DNA of 57,288 nt from an uncultured Hyphomicrobiales bacterium. Its GTDB lineage: Bacteria; Pseudomonadota; Alphaproteobacteria; Rhizobiales; Xanthobacteraceae. Position 1 is the stretch's first letter; each line of letters starts with the position of its first letter. Under the pieces are notes generated by a model, which saw nothing but the letters and a program-made list of their open reading frames with translations, was not told where the DNA came from and did no database searches. Positions 18,747 to 29,289 of this stretch are shown piece after piece. The DNA lies in NCBI GenBank assembly GCA_964370945.1, contig CAYJNT010000001.1, positions 1 to 57,288 on the forward strand, read 5' to 3'. The translations under genes and the position numbers were made by a program.

Positions 18747-20020
18747 GCATCGCGGCTACCTTTCTTGGAGGAGCAAAGAGCCGGCTATTGCCGCCATCGA
18801 TCCCATTTCGATTCTTCGCAGCAGCGGCCGGCTTTCACATCATGATGTGGCTGGGTCTGCTCGTCGGTGCGCACGAGGCAGCGGGCTTCCGCGGCGGTCT
18901 CGGTCCTACGCTGGCCTCAGTGCACCTCTTAACCCTTGGCGTCCTGACCACGACGGCGATTGGCGCGTCCGTCCAGCTGCTGCCCGTTGCAACGCGGCGC
19001 ACGCTCCGCGCGGTGTGGCCGATCAAATTAATCTTCTGGCTCACTGTACCGGGCCTGACTGCGCTGGCTGGTGGCATGTATGTGGCGCAAACGAGCGTTC
19101 TCATTCTCGCTGCCGTGATGACGGCCGTCGGTTTGCTGCTGTATTGCGGACTTCTGGCAGACAATCTGCGTCGCGCGAGCAGTCTTCCGGTGGTGGGCGT
19201 ATACGGCTGGGCCGCACTGGCGGCGCTTGTTCTGGTGACCGCGCTCGGGGTTGCGCTCGCATTCAACGAAGGAGCCGGATTTCTGCCTGATCACGGCGCT
19301 GCCGCGCTCGCTCATCTGATCCTGGGCGGCTTCGGATTCATGGGGCTGCTCGTGCTTGGCTTCAGCCACATCTTGGTGCCGATGTTCGCTTTGGCGTCAG
19401 CACCGGCAAAGCGACCGAGCGCCGTCAGTTTCGTTGCCGCCTTCGCTGCGCTTTTCCTCGGTACGCTGGGAGGACTGACCAGCAGCCGTAACATCCTTAC
19501 CGCAGCCGCGCTCGCAGGTCTTGCTGCCGCCGCGGTGCATCTTTGGCTGATGTATCGCGTGCTCAAGACCGGCATGCGCAAGCGTCTCGGCCTCTCGTTC
19601 GTTCTCGTGCGCGCGGCCTGGATCATGCTGCCGGTGACAATCCTCGCCGGTCTCGCCGCACTCTATGGCCTCGCCGGCAGAAATGGGGCGACGCTGTTCG
19701 GCTTCCTGCTGCTGTTCGGCTGGCTGCTCACCTTCCTGTTCGCCATTCTTCAGCGCATCATGCCCTTCCTCGCTTCCATGTTTGTGACGCCGCCGGCGAG
19801 CGGCGGCACGGCCATCGTTTCCGAGCTTGCCGGCGCCCGATCGCTCAAGCTCCATGCGACCTGCCATGCTCTTGCGCTCGCTGTGCTTGCGGTCGCAATT
19901 TTGCTCGATGACGCGACCGTCGCCCGCGCCGGCAGCGTTATTGGTCTGGTCGGCGCAATCGCCTTCGCCTGGTTCACGGCCGACGTCATTCGGCGCATGC
20001 TGCCGGCGAAGGATGCCTAA
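18743..20020 (+). CDS. Polytopic membrane protein (DUF2249-associated, His-containing helices)
   Basis: About 12 hydrophobic segments; HLLTLG, QLLPV, HL.L.GF; ATGA coupling with DUF2249 gene. Confidence 0.8.
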   Translation: MSIAATFLGGAKSRLLPPSIPFRFFAAAAGFHIMMWLGLLVGAHEAAGFRGGLGPTLASVHLLTLGVLTTTAIGASVQLLPVATRRTLRAVWPIKLIFWLTVPGLTALAGGMYVAQTSVLILAAVMTAVGLLLYCGLLADNLRRASSLPVVGVYGWAALAALVLVTALGVALAFNEGAGFLPDHGAAALAHLILGGFGFMGLLVLGFSHILVPMFALASAPAKRPSAVSFVAAFAALFLGTLGGLTSSRNILTAAALAGLAAAAVHLWLMYRVLKTGMRKRLGLSFVLVRAAWIMLPVTILAGLAALYGLAGRNGATLFGFLLLFGWLLTFLFAILQRIMPFLASMFVTPPASGGTAIVSELAGARSLKLHATCHALALAVLAVAILLDDATVARAGSVIGLVGAIAFAWFTADVIRRMLPAKDA

Positions 20021-20039
20021 TCCGCAGCCGCTGGCGCGC

Positions 20040-20795
20040 TCAGATATACTGTCCCGCATCGACGCGCAGCACTTCTCCCGTGACGGCGCGCGCGGCGTCG
20101 GACAGCAGGAACAGCACCGCATTGGCGATGTCATTCGGCTCAGCGAGCGCAGAGAGCGCTGCCTCTGCCGCAGCCTGGGCAAGAATTTCTTTCGGTACGG
20201 AAAGCGCCATGTCGGTCTTAACCATTCCGGGCGCCACCGCATTGACCGTGACGCCTTTCCTGCCGAATTCCCGCGCCGCGGTCTTGGTCAGGCCGATCAA
20301 ACCCGCTTTGGCGGCAGCATAGTTGGCCTGGCCGAACTTGCCGCGCATGCCGTTGATCGACGTAATGTTGACGATGCGGCCAAATCCCTGCCCCGCCATC
20401 AGCGGCGCAACAGCACGAATCAAGTTGAATGCACCGGTGAGATTGACATTGAGGACCGCTGCCCAATCGGCATCGCTCATTTTAGCAATCGAGCGATCGC
20501 GGGTAATGCCGGCGTTGTTGACGAGCAGGGTCGGCGCTTGCGGAATTTCCGCGATCGCGGCTTTCACGGCGTCTGCATCGACGATATCGACCTGCACGAA
20601 CCGATGCGAAAAACCTGCAAGACGCTCCGGCTCGGTGACATCGAAGGCGTACACCTGTGCTCCGGCCGCGCCAAGCGCGTCGGCGATCGCTCGACCAATG
20701 CCACGGCTGCCGCCTGTGACAATGGCCCGGTGATCGCGGAAGTTGAAATGCGGCTCGCAAGACAATTTTGATTTGACGAGCATCGACAAGGACAT
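20040..20795 (-). CDS. SDR, FabG / 3-hydroxyacyl-CoA dehydrogenase-like
   Basis: TGGSRGIG, NNAGITRD, GQANYAAAKAG; TGATG coupling. Confidence 0.88.
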   Translation of the reverse strand: MSLSMLVKSKLSCEPHFNFRDHRAIVTGGSRGIGRAIADALGAAGAQVYAFDVTEPERLAGFSHRFVQVDIVDADAVKAAIAEIPQAPTLLVNNAGITRDRSIAKMSDADWAAVLNVNLTGAFNLIRAVAPLMAGQGFGRIVNITSINGMRGKFGQANYAAAKAGLIGLTKTAAREFGRKGVTVNAVAPGMVKTDMALSVPKEILAQAAAEAALSALAEPNDIANAVLFLLSDAARAVTGEVLRVDAGQYI

Positions 20796-21337
20796 CACGC
20801 GAGGGGTTGCTCGAAACACAGCTGTTGCGAGGGACGGAAACCATTGCGGTCGAGATAGGCGAGCAGCTCGCGGTCTTGCCAATTGACTTCGGTGCGCACC
20901 TTCTCAACGCGCAGCGTGCCAAGGTTTACCAATAACTGTGAGACCAATGCGCGGCCGACACCCCTGTTCCGGTAGTCCGGATCGACGCCAATCGTATCAA
21001 TGACCGCCGTGGTTTCGACCCGGCCAAATTCTCCGAGGTCGACGCGGGCCATGATGAAGCCGACGACCACACTGTCCAGCTCGGCAACCAGCGACACGCG
21101 CACGCCCGAATCGGTCAGCGCTTCGATCACCTTGCGCTGCAAATAAGAGGCCCGGTCGCGACCCGTAATCCGACGATCAATCGCCACCAATGCACGCAGA
21201 TCGCCCTCCGTCAGAGAGCGCACCGGTATCCGGTCGCGCGCGAGCGGTCCGAAATCCGCAGCGGGCTTTCCGCTGTAATTGATCTCGGCAGCCTCCCCCA
21301 CGTGTCGCGGGATGTTGCTGCCGGTGCTGCGAGCCAT
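20795..21337 (-). CDS. GNAT N-acetyltransferase
   Basis: GFIMARVD.GEFG, IGVDP.YR..GVG; ATG 21337 after AAGGAG. Confidence 0.85.
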   Translation of the reverse strand: MARSTGSNIPRHVGEAAEINYSGKPAADFGPLARDRIPVRSLTEGDLRALVAIDRRITGRDRASYLQRKVIEALTDSGVRVSLVAELDSVVVGFIMARVDLGEFGRVETTAVIDTIGVDPDYRNRGVGRALVSQLLVNLGTLRVEKVRTEVNWQDRELLAYLDRNGFRPSQQLCFEQPLA

Positions 21338-21366
21338 GGCCGTCACTCCTTGTCATATCCTTGTCG

Positions 21367-21858
21367 TCATTCATCCTCGGCGGACTCCGCCAGCGGAGTC
21401 AGAACGGATCGCTCAAGGACCAGGCGCGGCGCCAGCCCAAAGCCGGACGCATCGAAGAATCGGAGCAAGGCGTGGTTGGTCCAGTCGGCCTGTGATTGCA
21501 GCGTACGGACCCCCTTCTGACGCATGATTGCAATCAGGCTATCCATCAATGCGTGGCCAACGCCGCTCTCCCGGCTGTCATGCTCAACGCTGACCGCGTC
21601 AAGCGTGGCAACGGCCTGATCGCGGCCGAATTCACCACGCAGGATTCGGGCGAAGGCAAATCCGACCAACGAGCCGTTGCGGATAGCGCCAACGTGCACG
21701 AAATCGTCCGGGTGCTGCTTGGCATGGGCCAGTCGTTTTTCGAAGAAACCGCGTCGTGACTCACCCACGTGACCCAGATCGATGGCGATGACCTGTTCGA
21801 GATCGGCGGGACGTAGCGGACGAACATTGTTTTCCACGGTCACGGCGAAAGTACTCAT
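21367..21858 (-). CDS. GNAT N-acetyltransferase
   Basis: GF..AR...GEFG, V....R..GVG.AL; paralog of its neighbour. Confidence 0.85.
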   Translation of the reverse strand: MSTFAVTVENNVRPLRPADLEQVIAIDLGHVGESRRGFFEKRLAHAKQHPDDFVHVGAIRNGSLVGFAFARILRGEFGRDQAVATLDAVSVEHDSRESGVGHALMDSLIAIMRQKGVRTLQSQADWTNHALLRFFDASGFGLAPRLVLERSVLTPLAESAEDE

Positions 21859-21867
21859 GTAAAAGCC

Positions 21868-22371
21868 TCACACGTTTTCAACGTATTCCTGATAAAGTCG
21901 GGCTTCGGTTTCGGAATCCATATTTTCCTCGAGCACCGGCAACAGCGCCATCTCTTCCTTCTGCACGTGCGCGAGCATGCGATCGCTGAGTTCCTGAGCC
22001 AGGCGCATGAATTCTTCCCAGTCCGCCGGTGCGAACCCCCTGGCCACAGCAGCACGTGCGATCGCGGCGACACGCACGCCGAGCGGCCGCATAGCCGCAT
22101 GCTCGCTCGTCAGATGCGCACCGATATCCGCGTCGCCTATCGATTCCAGAAAGGTGAAGAGATGATTTTCCTCGAATGAAAAATGGCGCTCGACCTCCGC
22201 CTCCACGCCGGTCGACAGATCCGACAGCAGACGCGCGACCTGGCTGTCCGTAGCATCCGGAGGACCGCCACGCCGGCCGCGCGCCAGCAATTGCTCGAGC
22301 CGCTCCATTAAAGCGACGGTCGCGCCATGCTCGTCATGCAGCGTTTGGCTGATCCGATTGGTGAAGCTCAT
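21868..22371 (-). CDS. Hemerythrin (HHE) domain protein
   Basis: LHDEH, E.HF.FEE, L..EH, H..KEE. Confidence 0.85.
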   Translation of the reverse strand: MSFTNRISQTLHDEHGATVALMERLEQLLARGRRGGPPDATDSQVARLLSDLSTGVEAEVERHFSFEENHLFTFLESIGDADIGAHLTSEHAAMRPLGVRVAAIARAAVARGFAPADWEEFMRLAQELSDRMLAHVQKEEMALLPVLEENMDSETEARLYQEYVENV

Positions 22372-22419
22372 CGCGGTTCCTTGCTGGGCGTCGTTAGACT
22401 AAAACCGAGTTTCGTTGCG

Positions 22420-22665
22420 TCAGCCGTGCAACTGTTCGTATTTCGCGAGCAGATCCTCTTTCGATTCGTTCCAATCCGGATTGGGCTCGATGCAATCGGC
22501 CGGACAGACCAGCTTGCATTGCGGCTCATCCTCGGCACCCACGCACTCGGTGCATTTGAGCGGATCGATGACGTAGGTCGGATTGCCGGCGGTAATCGCC
22601 TTGTTCGGGCACACCGGCTCGCAAGCATCGCAGGCCGTGCAAGCGTCGGTAATCATCAGGGCCAT
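22420..22665 (-). CDS. fdx: 2[4Fe-4S] ferredoxin, electron donor of benzoyl-CoA reductase
   Basis: CTACDACEPVCP and CTECVG.....QC..VCP (Allochromatium-type insertion); follows bcrD. Confidence 0.93.
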   Translation of the reverse strand: MALMITDACTACDACEPVCPNKAITAGNPTYVIDPLKCTECVGAEDEPQCKLVCPADCIEPNPDWNESKEDLLAKYEQLHG

Positions 22666-22685
22666 GGCGTTATCTCCTCACACCC

Positions 22686-23531
22686 TCATGCTGCCTTCGG
22701 CACCCGGTTGCCCGCGGCAAGCTTTTCAAATCTGAACGCACCCCATAGCGCGGCCCCGATTGCTCCGGCATACATCGAATCCGGATGGCTGCGCACCGCG
22801 AGCTTCATGTCCTTGATGTGCGAGATGTCCTCTTCGAGGGCGGCGACCAGGCCTTTGTCGAGCGCGAGTCCGCCGGTCACCATCACCACGCCATCGACCA
22901 CCCCGATCGACTTCAGCAGCTTGGACAGCCGGGCCGCCATAGACAGGTGGATGCCCTTCAGGATATTTGGCGTTGAAATGCCACGCGACACCATGTTGAT
23001 CACGTCGGTCTCCGCGAGCACGGCACAAATGCTGCTCACGACTTCCGGATTATCGCCCTGGCTCGAAAGCGATCCGATCTCCTCCTGCGCGATACCGAGA
23101 TAGCGGGCGATATTTTCGAGGAACTGCCCCGAGCCCGATGCGCACTGGCTCGTCATCTTGTAGCTGAGCACCTTGCCGCGCCCATCGATCTGAATCGCAC
23201 GTCCATGCAACGCGCCGATGTCCAGCGCTGCCCGCGATTCTGGATCGAGGTAGATGGCACCGCGAGCATGGGTCGTCATCGAGTAGAAATGGCCGGTATG
23301 GAACGGCACGCTCTCGCCTTCGCCGGTCGTCGCGACGTAATCGACGTCTTCGGGTCGAAGTTTTGCGTCTTCGAGTACCGCGTCATAGGCAACGCGGGCC
23401 AACTCCAGAGGGTCACGTTGCCGGATGCGCATCACATAGCGCGACAACCAAGCTTCCTCACCGTTCTCAACCTTGAACAGCGCTGCCTTGATGGTGCTGG
23501 TGCCGATGTCAATTCCCGCTGCGATGGTCAT
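22686..23531 (-). CDS. bcrD: Benzoyl-CoA reductase subunit D (BadG)
   Basis: [45 protein letters not shown]. Confidence 0.93.
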   Translation of the reverse strand: MTIAAGIDIGTSTIKAALFKVENGEEAWLSRYVMRIRQRDPLELARVAYDAVLEDAKLRPEDVDYVATTGEGESVPFHTGHFYSMTTHARGAIYLDPESRAALDIGALHGRAIQIDGRGKVLSYKMTSQCASGSGQFLENIARYLGIAQEEIGSLSSQGDNPEVVSSICAVLAETDVINMVSRGISTPNILKGIHLSMAARLSKLLKSIGVVDGVVMVTGGLALDKGLVAALEEDISHIKDMKLAVRSHPDSMYAGAIGAALWGAFRFEKLAAGNRVPKAA

Positions 23532-24859
23532 TGTTCGCTCCCGTCGGCCTGGCCCAAATGCGCGCGGCGCGCAAACTCAGCCGCGCCGAGTGCGCCCGTA
23601 TAGATCGAGTCCGGATTGATGTTAATGGTGACCTCGCCGTAGTTCTCCTTGATGACTTTCCTCAACTCGCGCACCGCAGCTTCGTTCTTGGCAACGCCGC
23701 CGGTGAAAGTGAATTCATCGGTCACGCCCCCCGAACGTGAGATGATTGAGATCGCGCGCAATATGATGGCGCGATGCAATCCGGCCAAAATGTCTTCGCG
23801 CTTTTCCCCGAGCGAAAGCCGATCGCGCAGCTCAGCGCCGGCGAACACGGTGCATGTCGAGTTGATGCGCGCCGGCTTATCCGACTTCATGGCCATCGGG
23901 CCCAATTCGTGCAGGCCCATATTCATCTCGTCGGCGATATAGCCAAGATACCGCCCACACCCTGCTGCGCAGCGGTCATTCATCTGAAAATTTGCAACAA
24001 TCCCGCTAGCGTCGATCTGAATGCCTTTTGTGTCCTGGCCGCCGATATCGAGCACCGTGCGCGTCTGCGGATACATCAGGTGGGCGCCAAGACCGTGGCA
24101 CAGGATTTCAGAGCGAATATGCTCTTTGGAGAATGGCAGGGTCACCCGGCCATAACCGGTGCCGACGAGGTACGTTTCTTCCAATTCGACTGCGAGCGCT
24201 TCTTCGATCATCTTCTGGATATCGGCCGCCGCCGATTTGACCGATGGCTCCGTCTGCAAAACGCGCGCGAGCGCCCGCCGGAATTTTTCGCTCAGCTCAC
24301 CTGCCGGCGGCCGGTTCTCTACTTCGATGATCGACTTGTCGTAGACGTTCAGGAGCAGGTCATAGGGAAGGTTCGCCTCGCGAGCGACCTCTTCGGCATG
24401 GCTGTGGTAGCGCGAGCCCGCGATATCCCGGAAGAAGTCCGATTTGCGTTTGGCGCCAGGCGCATAGAGTGCGGGCGCCTCCTTGCGCAATCGCTGGAAC
24501 ACTTCGCCGAGCGAGGCCTTCACACCGGATCCGACCTTAGCAAAGCGTTCGCCTTGAATCTGGCCGATACAGGTCTGCTCGAGATCGTCAAGCTGTTCGA
24601 GAAACTGCTCGAGACGAAAGGCCCGCTCCAGCGCACCGAGGAGCACGTCGAGCTCGATCAGCCCATTGGCATCGGTCAGCGCTCGGCGAAACAGCGTGAA
24701 CTGCCCGTCGACGTGCGCTTCCTGACTCGCCACGCGCGCGGCAGTCGCGTAGTTCGAGCGTGAATTGGTGATGCCATGACCGATTATATTGCGGTCTTCG
24801 TCGAGGAGGACAGCCTTGGTCGTTGTGGAACCAAGATCGATGCCGACAAAAGTCTTCAT
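23528..24859 (-). CDS. bcrA: Benzoyl-CoA reductase subunit A (BadF)
   Basis: [37 protein letters not shown]; long Thauera/Rhodopseudomonas-type form. Confidence 0.93.
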   Translation of the reverse strand: MKTFVGIDLGSTTTKAVLLDEDRNIIGHGITNSRSNYATAARVASQEAHVDGQFTLFRRALTDANGLIELDVLLGALERAFRLEQFLEQLDDLEQTCIGQIQGERFAKVGSGVKASLGEVFQRLRKEAPALYAPGAKRKSDFFRDIAGSRYHSHAEEVAREANLPYDLLLNVYDKSIIEVENRPPAGELSEKFRRALARVLQTEPSVKSAAADIQKMIEEALAVELEETYLVGTGYGRVTLPFSKEHIRSEILCHGLGAHLMYPQTRTVLDIGGQDTKGIQIDASGIVANFQMNDRCAAGCGRYLGYIADEMNMGLHELGPMAMKSDKPARINSTCTVFAGAELRDRLSLGEKREDILAGLHRAIILRAISIISRSGGVTDEFTFTGGVAKNEAAVRELRKVIKENYGEVTININPDSIYTGALGAAEFARRAHLGQADGSEQ

Positions 24860-24869
24860 GCACCCCTCC

Positions 24870-26192
24870 TCAAGCCGCCGCGCTCGCGCCGGAACGCTTC
24901 TGGTCGATCATTTGGAAATAGCTCTCAAGACGGTTCTTGATGTTCGCCGCTGAGAAGTAGCGTGGATCCACCAGATCGGATTCCACAAACGCTGCCGGTT
25001 TTCCGGTTCTCTTCTCGACCTCGCGCATCATCAGCAACTGCCCGGCTGAGAAGCTGTTGCAGCTCTTGATCGAGTTGATCAGCAGGCCGTCCGCCTCGTA
25101 TTCGTTGATGTAGTTCACCAACATGTCGATGCGCATCGGCAGGCTGCGGTTGGTGTAGACGCCGAGGCAATACTCGGCGAGCGTCTCTAGGGGCTTGTTC
25201 GGGTCGTGGCGGAAGCCAAAGTCGTAAACGCCGCCGACCTTTGTGTAGCTCGATGCGACGACCACGGCACCTTCGTCGTAGAACATCTTCCAGAACTGGC
25301 GGAAGCTCGTGTAGTTGGGCGGCCCTTCCACGACCAGCCGGTATTTCTCCTTGCCCATGTCGCCGTCGGGCGTAACCGGCCCCTGTCCTTTGGTCAGGCG
25401 GTCTTCGACTTCCTCGCGCAAGAACCGATAGTACTCGATGGCGTCCTCGGTGCCGCGGAACGCGCCGAAGATCGGCCCGATGTAATAGATGCCGCCGAAA
25501 TAAGCGTCGATCGGCGACGGCTTGGCCTTGGCGCTTTGCAGCACGCGGACGAGATCGTCCTCGGCCTTGGTGGATCTCTTGAGGTATTCGCGCAACCGAT
25601 CGATGTCGAACTTCACTCCCGACACGCGCTCAAGCTTGGGAATGACCTCTTCCTTCAGCTGCTTCACCATGTAGTCGATCATGTTCTTGGTGATCTTGCC
25701 GTCGGCCATGTACGGCGTGTGCAACATGATCGTTTCGCACTTGTACTGCTCGCGCAGAAGTTCGAACCATTTCATGAAGGTGAAGCAGCCCGTATAGGAC
25801 AGCAGCAGCACGTCGGGATCAGGGAACTTCTTGCCATTGGGAGCAAGATTGCCTTTGGCCATCATGCCGATGTCGGATTTTACGTAGGTACAGACGTCCT
25901 CCGAATGGCCGATCTTTTCCGCCTCGAGCACATAGCTGCCGCTGATGCGGCGCAACCCGTTCTGAATGGCGTTAACTTCCGGCAGATTGTTCAGGAGGTC
26001 GAAGCACATGATCAGCTCGTTGAGATTGCCCGGCACGAAGGTGGCGGCCACCTTGTGGCCGGTCTCGGGCGCACTGGTCAGGCGATCATAATGTGCGGCC
26101 ATCATCTCTTTCTGCTTCACCATGGAAGCATCCTTGACGATCTCCTTAGCCGGCACGGCCCTTGGGGTGACAATCTTCGTTTGCGTCGTCAT
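24870..26192 (-). CDS. bcrB: Benzoyl-CoA reductase subunit B (BadE)
   Basis: [36 protein letters not shown]; ATG 26192 coupled to bcrC stop. Confidence 0.93.
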   Translation of the reverse strand: MTTQTKIVTPRAVPAKEIVKDASMVKQKEMMAAHYDRLTSAPETGHKVAATFVPGNLNELIMCFDLLNNLPEVNAIQNGLRRISGSYVLEAEKIGHSEDVCTYVKSDIGMMAKGNLAPNGKKFPDPDVLLLSYTGCFTFMKWFELLREQYKCETIMLHTPYMADGKITKNMIDYMVKQLKEEVIPKLERVSGVKFDIDRLREYLKRSTKAEDDLVRVLQSAKAKPSPIDAYFGGIYYIGPIFGAFRGTEDAIEYYRFLREEVEDRLTKGQGPVTPDGDMGKEKYRLVVEGPPNYTSFRQFWKMFYDEGAVVVASSYTKVGGVYDFGFRHDPNKPLETLAEYCLGVYTNRSLPMRIDMLVNYINEYEADGLLINSIKSCNSFSAGQLLMMREVEKRTGKPAAFVESDLVDPRYFSAANIKNRLESYFQMIDQKRSGASAAA

Positions 26193-27379
26193 GCGGCCCC
26201 ACTCCATAGTTTGATTGAATCGGCGAAGGTGCCGGCCTGTTCTCGGATTGGCTGCATCTGGCCGGAATTCTCGGCGTACTTGAACGCGATGTAAGGGATA
26301 CCGGCTTCCTTGAGCACGTGCTGCAGCATCGGCCGCTCGAGCAGCGCCGGATCGCAAAAGCTGGGCGCAGCGAAAATCACACCTTCCGCCGCGGTCCGTT
26401 TGACCGCGCGGACGAGATGCTGGCCTTTTTCCTTCTGGTTCGGTTCGTACTTAGCCGCCGTCGATTCGGAATGATGCAGAAATGCAAGAGAAAGATTCTG
26501 AAGCGGATCGCCCTCGATCCCGACGTCACCGGTGAGCCAGCGGGTGACCAGCATGAGATCGTCATCCACAACGTAGCAGCCGGACAATTCGAGCGATTTG
26601 ATCAGATTGAGCGGCGGCTGTTCACAAAACATGCCGGTCAGCACGATGCGGCAATTGTCGCGCATCGGCCGCTCGTCGGCTCGCGCCGCTGCAAGATAGT
26701 CGCGCAGCATGACGGTATGCTCCTCCACCGGGAGCACCAGGCCGGCGCGTATCATCAGATAGACCTCGGCGGCGGGCGCCTGCCACGGCCGCTCCGCCCG
26801 GAAGGCGTAGAGCTCGCGTATCAATCCGCGGTTTTCATTGTAAACCGCAATCGAGTGCCGCAATTCGTCATCGGTGATCGGCTTGCCGCGAAGTTCGCCG
26901 AGATCGTGCCTGAGCTCGGCCATTTCGTTGACGTAGAAATTTCCTCCGATGTCATCGCGATAATTCTGTGGCACATCGAAATAGCGCGAGTAGACATGCG
27001 GAAACATCAGCTTCCACATTCCAGAAAGATTGCGGATCACATCGCAGATCGACGGGAACAGCATGCCGTCGACAAAATCCAGACGGCCGGACACGCCAAG
27101 CTCAATGGTCGAACGCGGGATGCGGCAGATATAGCTCTGATAATAAGCATCGCCGTGGATGACCTCCAGCTGGTCGCCGCCGCCGACGATCCCGAGCGGC
27201 AACATGCCGGCGGCGTGGATAATCTCGCGCGGCACGTAGATCGGCATGTAGCCAATCACCTTGCGGCCCGGCTCCGCCGCCTTCCATTTGCGGGCGGAGG
27301 TGAAGGACAGATCCTCGAACAGCGCGTTGGCGCGATCGACGATGTCGGCCGTAGCCGAATGATTCAACGATGTTGCCAT
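26189..27379 (-). CDS. bcrC: Benzoyl-CoA reductase subunit C (BadD)
   Basis: GDAYYQSYICRIPRSTIE, FPSICDVIRNLSG, PSFCDPALL. Confidence 0.93.
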   Translation of the reverse strand: MATSLNHSATADIVDRANALFEDLSFTSARKWKAAEPGRKVIGYMPIYVPREIIHAAGMLPLGIVGGGDQLEVIHGDAYYQSYICRIPRSTIELGVSGRLDFVDGMLFPSICDVIRNLSGMWKLMFPHVYSRYFDVPQNYRDDIGGNFYVNEMAELRHDLGELRGKPITDDELRHSIAVYNENRGLIRELYAFRAERPWQAPAAEVYLMIRAGLVLPVEEHTVMLRDYLAAARADERPMRDNCRIVLTGMFCEQPPLNLIKSLELSGCYVVDDDLMLVTRWLTGDVGIEGDPLQNLSLAFLHHSESTAAKYEPNQKEKGQHLVRAVKRTAAEGVIFAAPSFCDPALLERPMLQHVLKEAGIPYIAFKYAENSGQMQPIREQAGTFADSIKLWSGAA

Positions 27380-28131
27380 TGCGGCGACCTCTTCGCGATG
27401 AAAGCTTCGAGACCGGCCACGGCGTCGTGGGTGGCCATGAGCTCGTCGAGATAAAGCCGTTCAACGACGCGGATCTTGTCCTTGACGCGTGCAATATAAT
27501 CGAGGCGCGCCGCCTTGACCGCGTAGCGCAGCGAGCTCGCGCTCTTCGGTTTCAGGTGTTCCTCGAAATAGGCGAGCGCGGCGTGTTCCGGATCGGCAGC
27601 GGCTTCATGGGCGATGCCCATGGCCACCGCTTCAGCGCCGGTGGTGCTACGGCCGGACACCAGGAGATCGAACGAACGCACCGGGCCGATCAGCTCCGGT
27701 AACAGGCAGGAGGCGGCCGGCGCGAACACGCCCAACTTCATTTCCGGCTGTCCGAGAGTGGCGTCCGGAGAGACAAACACAAGATGACCGGCGAGAGCGA
27801 CTTCCAGACCGCCGCCGAGGCACTGGCCCCGCACCGCGACCAGCAGTGGCACCGGAAATTCGATCATGCGCAGTACCAGACGATGCAACGCAGCCAACAT
27901 GGCAGAGCATTGCCCCGGCAGGTGCTCCTCGACGCTTGCACCGAAGCTAAAATGCGGCCCCTCGGCATCGAGAACAACTCCGCCGAGCTGACTGTTGCCA
28001 CCTTGCTCTGCCATGGCCGCGTCGAGTGCTGCGATCATGGCGGCATCGACAAGATTGGCCTTTGGCCTGTTCAGCCGCAGCCGCAACAGCCGGCCTTCCG
28101 CTTCGAACCAGGTTTTGACCGGCTGCGTCAC
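27364..28131 (-). CDS. dch: Cyclohexa-1,5-dienecarbonyl-CoA hydratase
   Basis: RPKAN.VDAAM, EGPHFSFGASVEEH, LGVFAPAAS; GTG 28131 with GAGGGG RBS. Confidence 0.9.
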   Translation of the reverse strand: MTQPVKTWFEAEGRLLRLRLNRPKANLVDAAMIAALDAAMAEQGGNSQLGGVVLDAEGPHFSFGASVEEHLPGQCSAMLAALHRLVLRMIEFPVPLLVAVRGQCLGGGLEVALAGHLVFVSPDATLGQPEMKLGVFAPAASCLLPELIGPVRSFDLLVSGRSTTGAEAVAMGIAHEAAADPEHAALAYFEEHLKPKSASSLRYAVKAARLDYIARVKDKIRVVERLYLDELMATHDAVAGLEAFIAKRSPQWQHR

Positions 28132-28133
28132 GG

Positions 28134-29279
28134 CTATCCCCTCGCCCGCGGCTGTATGCTTTCGCTGAGTTCGTCCGACCAGCGCGTATTGGCAGCAAGC
28201 GCGCGACGCAGGGCCACAAAGTCCACCTCGCGACCGGTTTCGCGCGTGCCCTCGTTGAAGGCACGGAAACCGGCGCGCGCTTCCGTCATCATGTTGAGGG
28301 CAAGCCAATCGCGCGCATTCTCCTTGTTGGCATTCCAGGCGTTGAGCTTCGGCTTGCGCAACTCCTCAACCGTCTTGGTCGTGCATTCGGGGAAGGTGTA
28401 GAGCAGCTTGGTGCAAAGCGCTTCGACCCGCTCATCGAGCAGGCTGAGATCGATGGTGCCGCGCTTCAGCAGCGCCTGACTTTCGGCCGCCGCCGCGCCC
28501 GTCTTGGGCTCGCCGTGGACAATACGGCCAAATTCATCGAGCCAACGATCGGTACAAACCGTCGGATTGGCAACGAATTTTCCGTCGACCTTCAGCGCCG
28601 GCACCACTTCGCTGATGATGCCGAGACGGTAGGCCTTGTGTGCCGAGAACGGCTCACAGAGCAGGCCCGAGACCATCGCTTGCTCGCAGCCAATCATATA
28701 GGGGAGGAAATCCGTTGCCCCGCCGATCGGGGCGGAGCCGTGCTTGGGCCCGGCTTGGCCGAAGCGGGCAAGATCCTGCGCAATCGAGAAGTCGCAGGCC
28801 ATGCCGATTTCCTGGCCGCCGCCGATACGCATACCGTTCACGCGGCAAACCACCGGCTTATCGCAACCGATGATCGCCGAGACCATGTCATTGAACAGCC
28901 GCATATATCCCCGGTATTCTTGGGGATTGCCGGCGTAATACTCGGCATATTCCTTGGTATTGCCACCGGTGCAAAAAGCCTTGTCACCCGCCCCGGTGAA
29001 TACGACGGCGACGACGTCGCGGGCCGTGCTCGCGGCGCGAAATGCCAGAATCGTGGCCTTCACCATGTCGGTTGTGTAGGAGTTGAACTGGCTTGGGTTG
29101 TCGAGGGTGATCCAAGCGTTGAACAATCCGGCCACCGGCTTTCCGTCAGATCCCTTCACCGGACGCTTCTCGTAGTGCACGCGCTGGGAAACGGTTTCGC
29201 GTACAGCCTCGACGACCAGATTGTGATCCTTGGCCTCGGATTTTTTCGCGTCGATGACACGGGCTGCTTCAGCATTCAT
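28134..29279 (-). CDS. oah: 6-oxocyclohex-1-ene-1-carbonyl-CoA hydrolase (BamA)
   Basis: QFNSYTT.MVK, FCTGGNTKEYAEYY.G.P.EY, GQAGPKHGSAP.GG.TDFL. Confidence 0.93.
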   Translation of the reverse strand: MNAEAARVIDAKKSEAKDHNLVVEAVRETVSQRVHYEKRPVKGSDGKPVAGLFNAWITLDNPSQFNSYTTDMVKATILAFRAASTARDVVAVVFTGAGDKAFCTGGNTKEYAEYYAGNPQEYRGYMRLFNDMVSAIIGCDKPVVCRVNGMRIGGGQEIGMACDFSIAQDLARFGQAGPKHGSAPIGGATDFLPYMIGCEQAMVSGLLCEPFSAHKAYRLGIISEVVPALKVDGKFVANPTVCTDRWLDEFGRIVHGEPKTGAAAAESQALLKRGTIDLSLLDERVEALCTKLLYTFPECTTKTVEELRKPKLNAWNANKENARDWLALNMMTEARAGFRAFNEGTRETGREVDFVALRRALAANTRWSDELSESIQPRARG

Positions 29280-29289
29280 GAAAAGCTCC

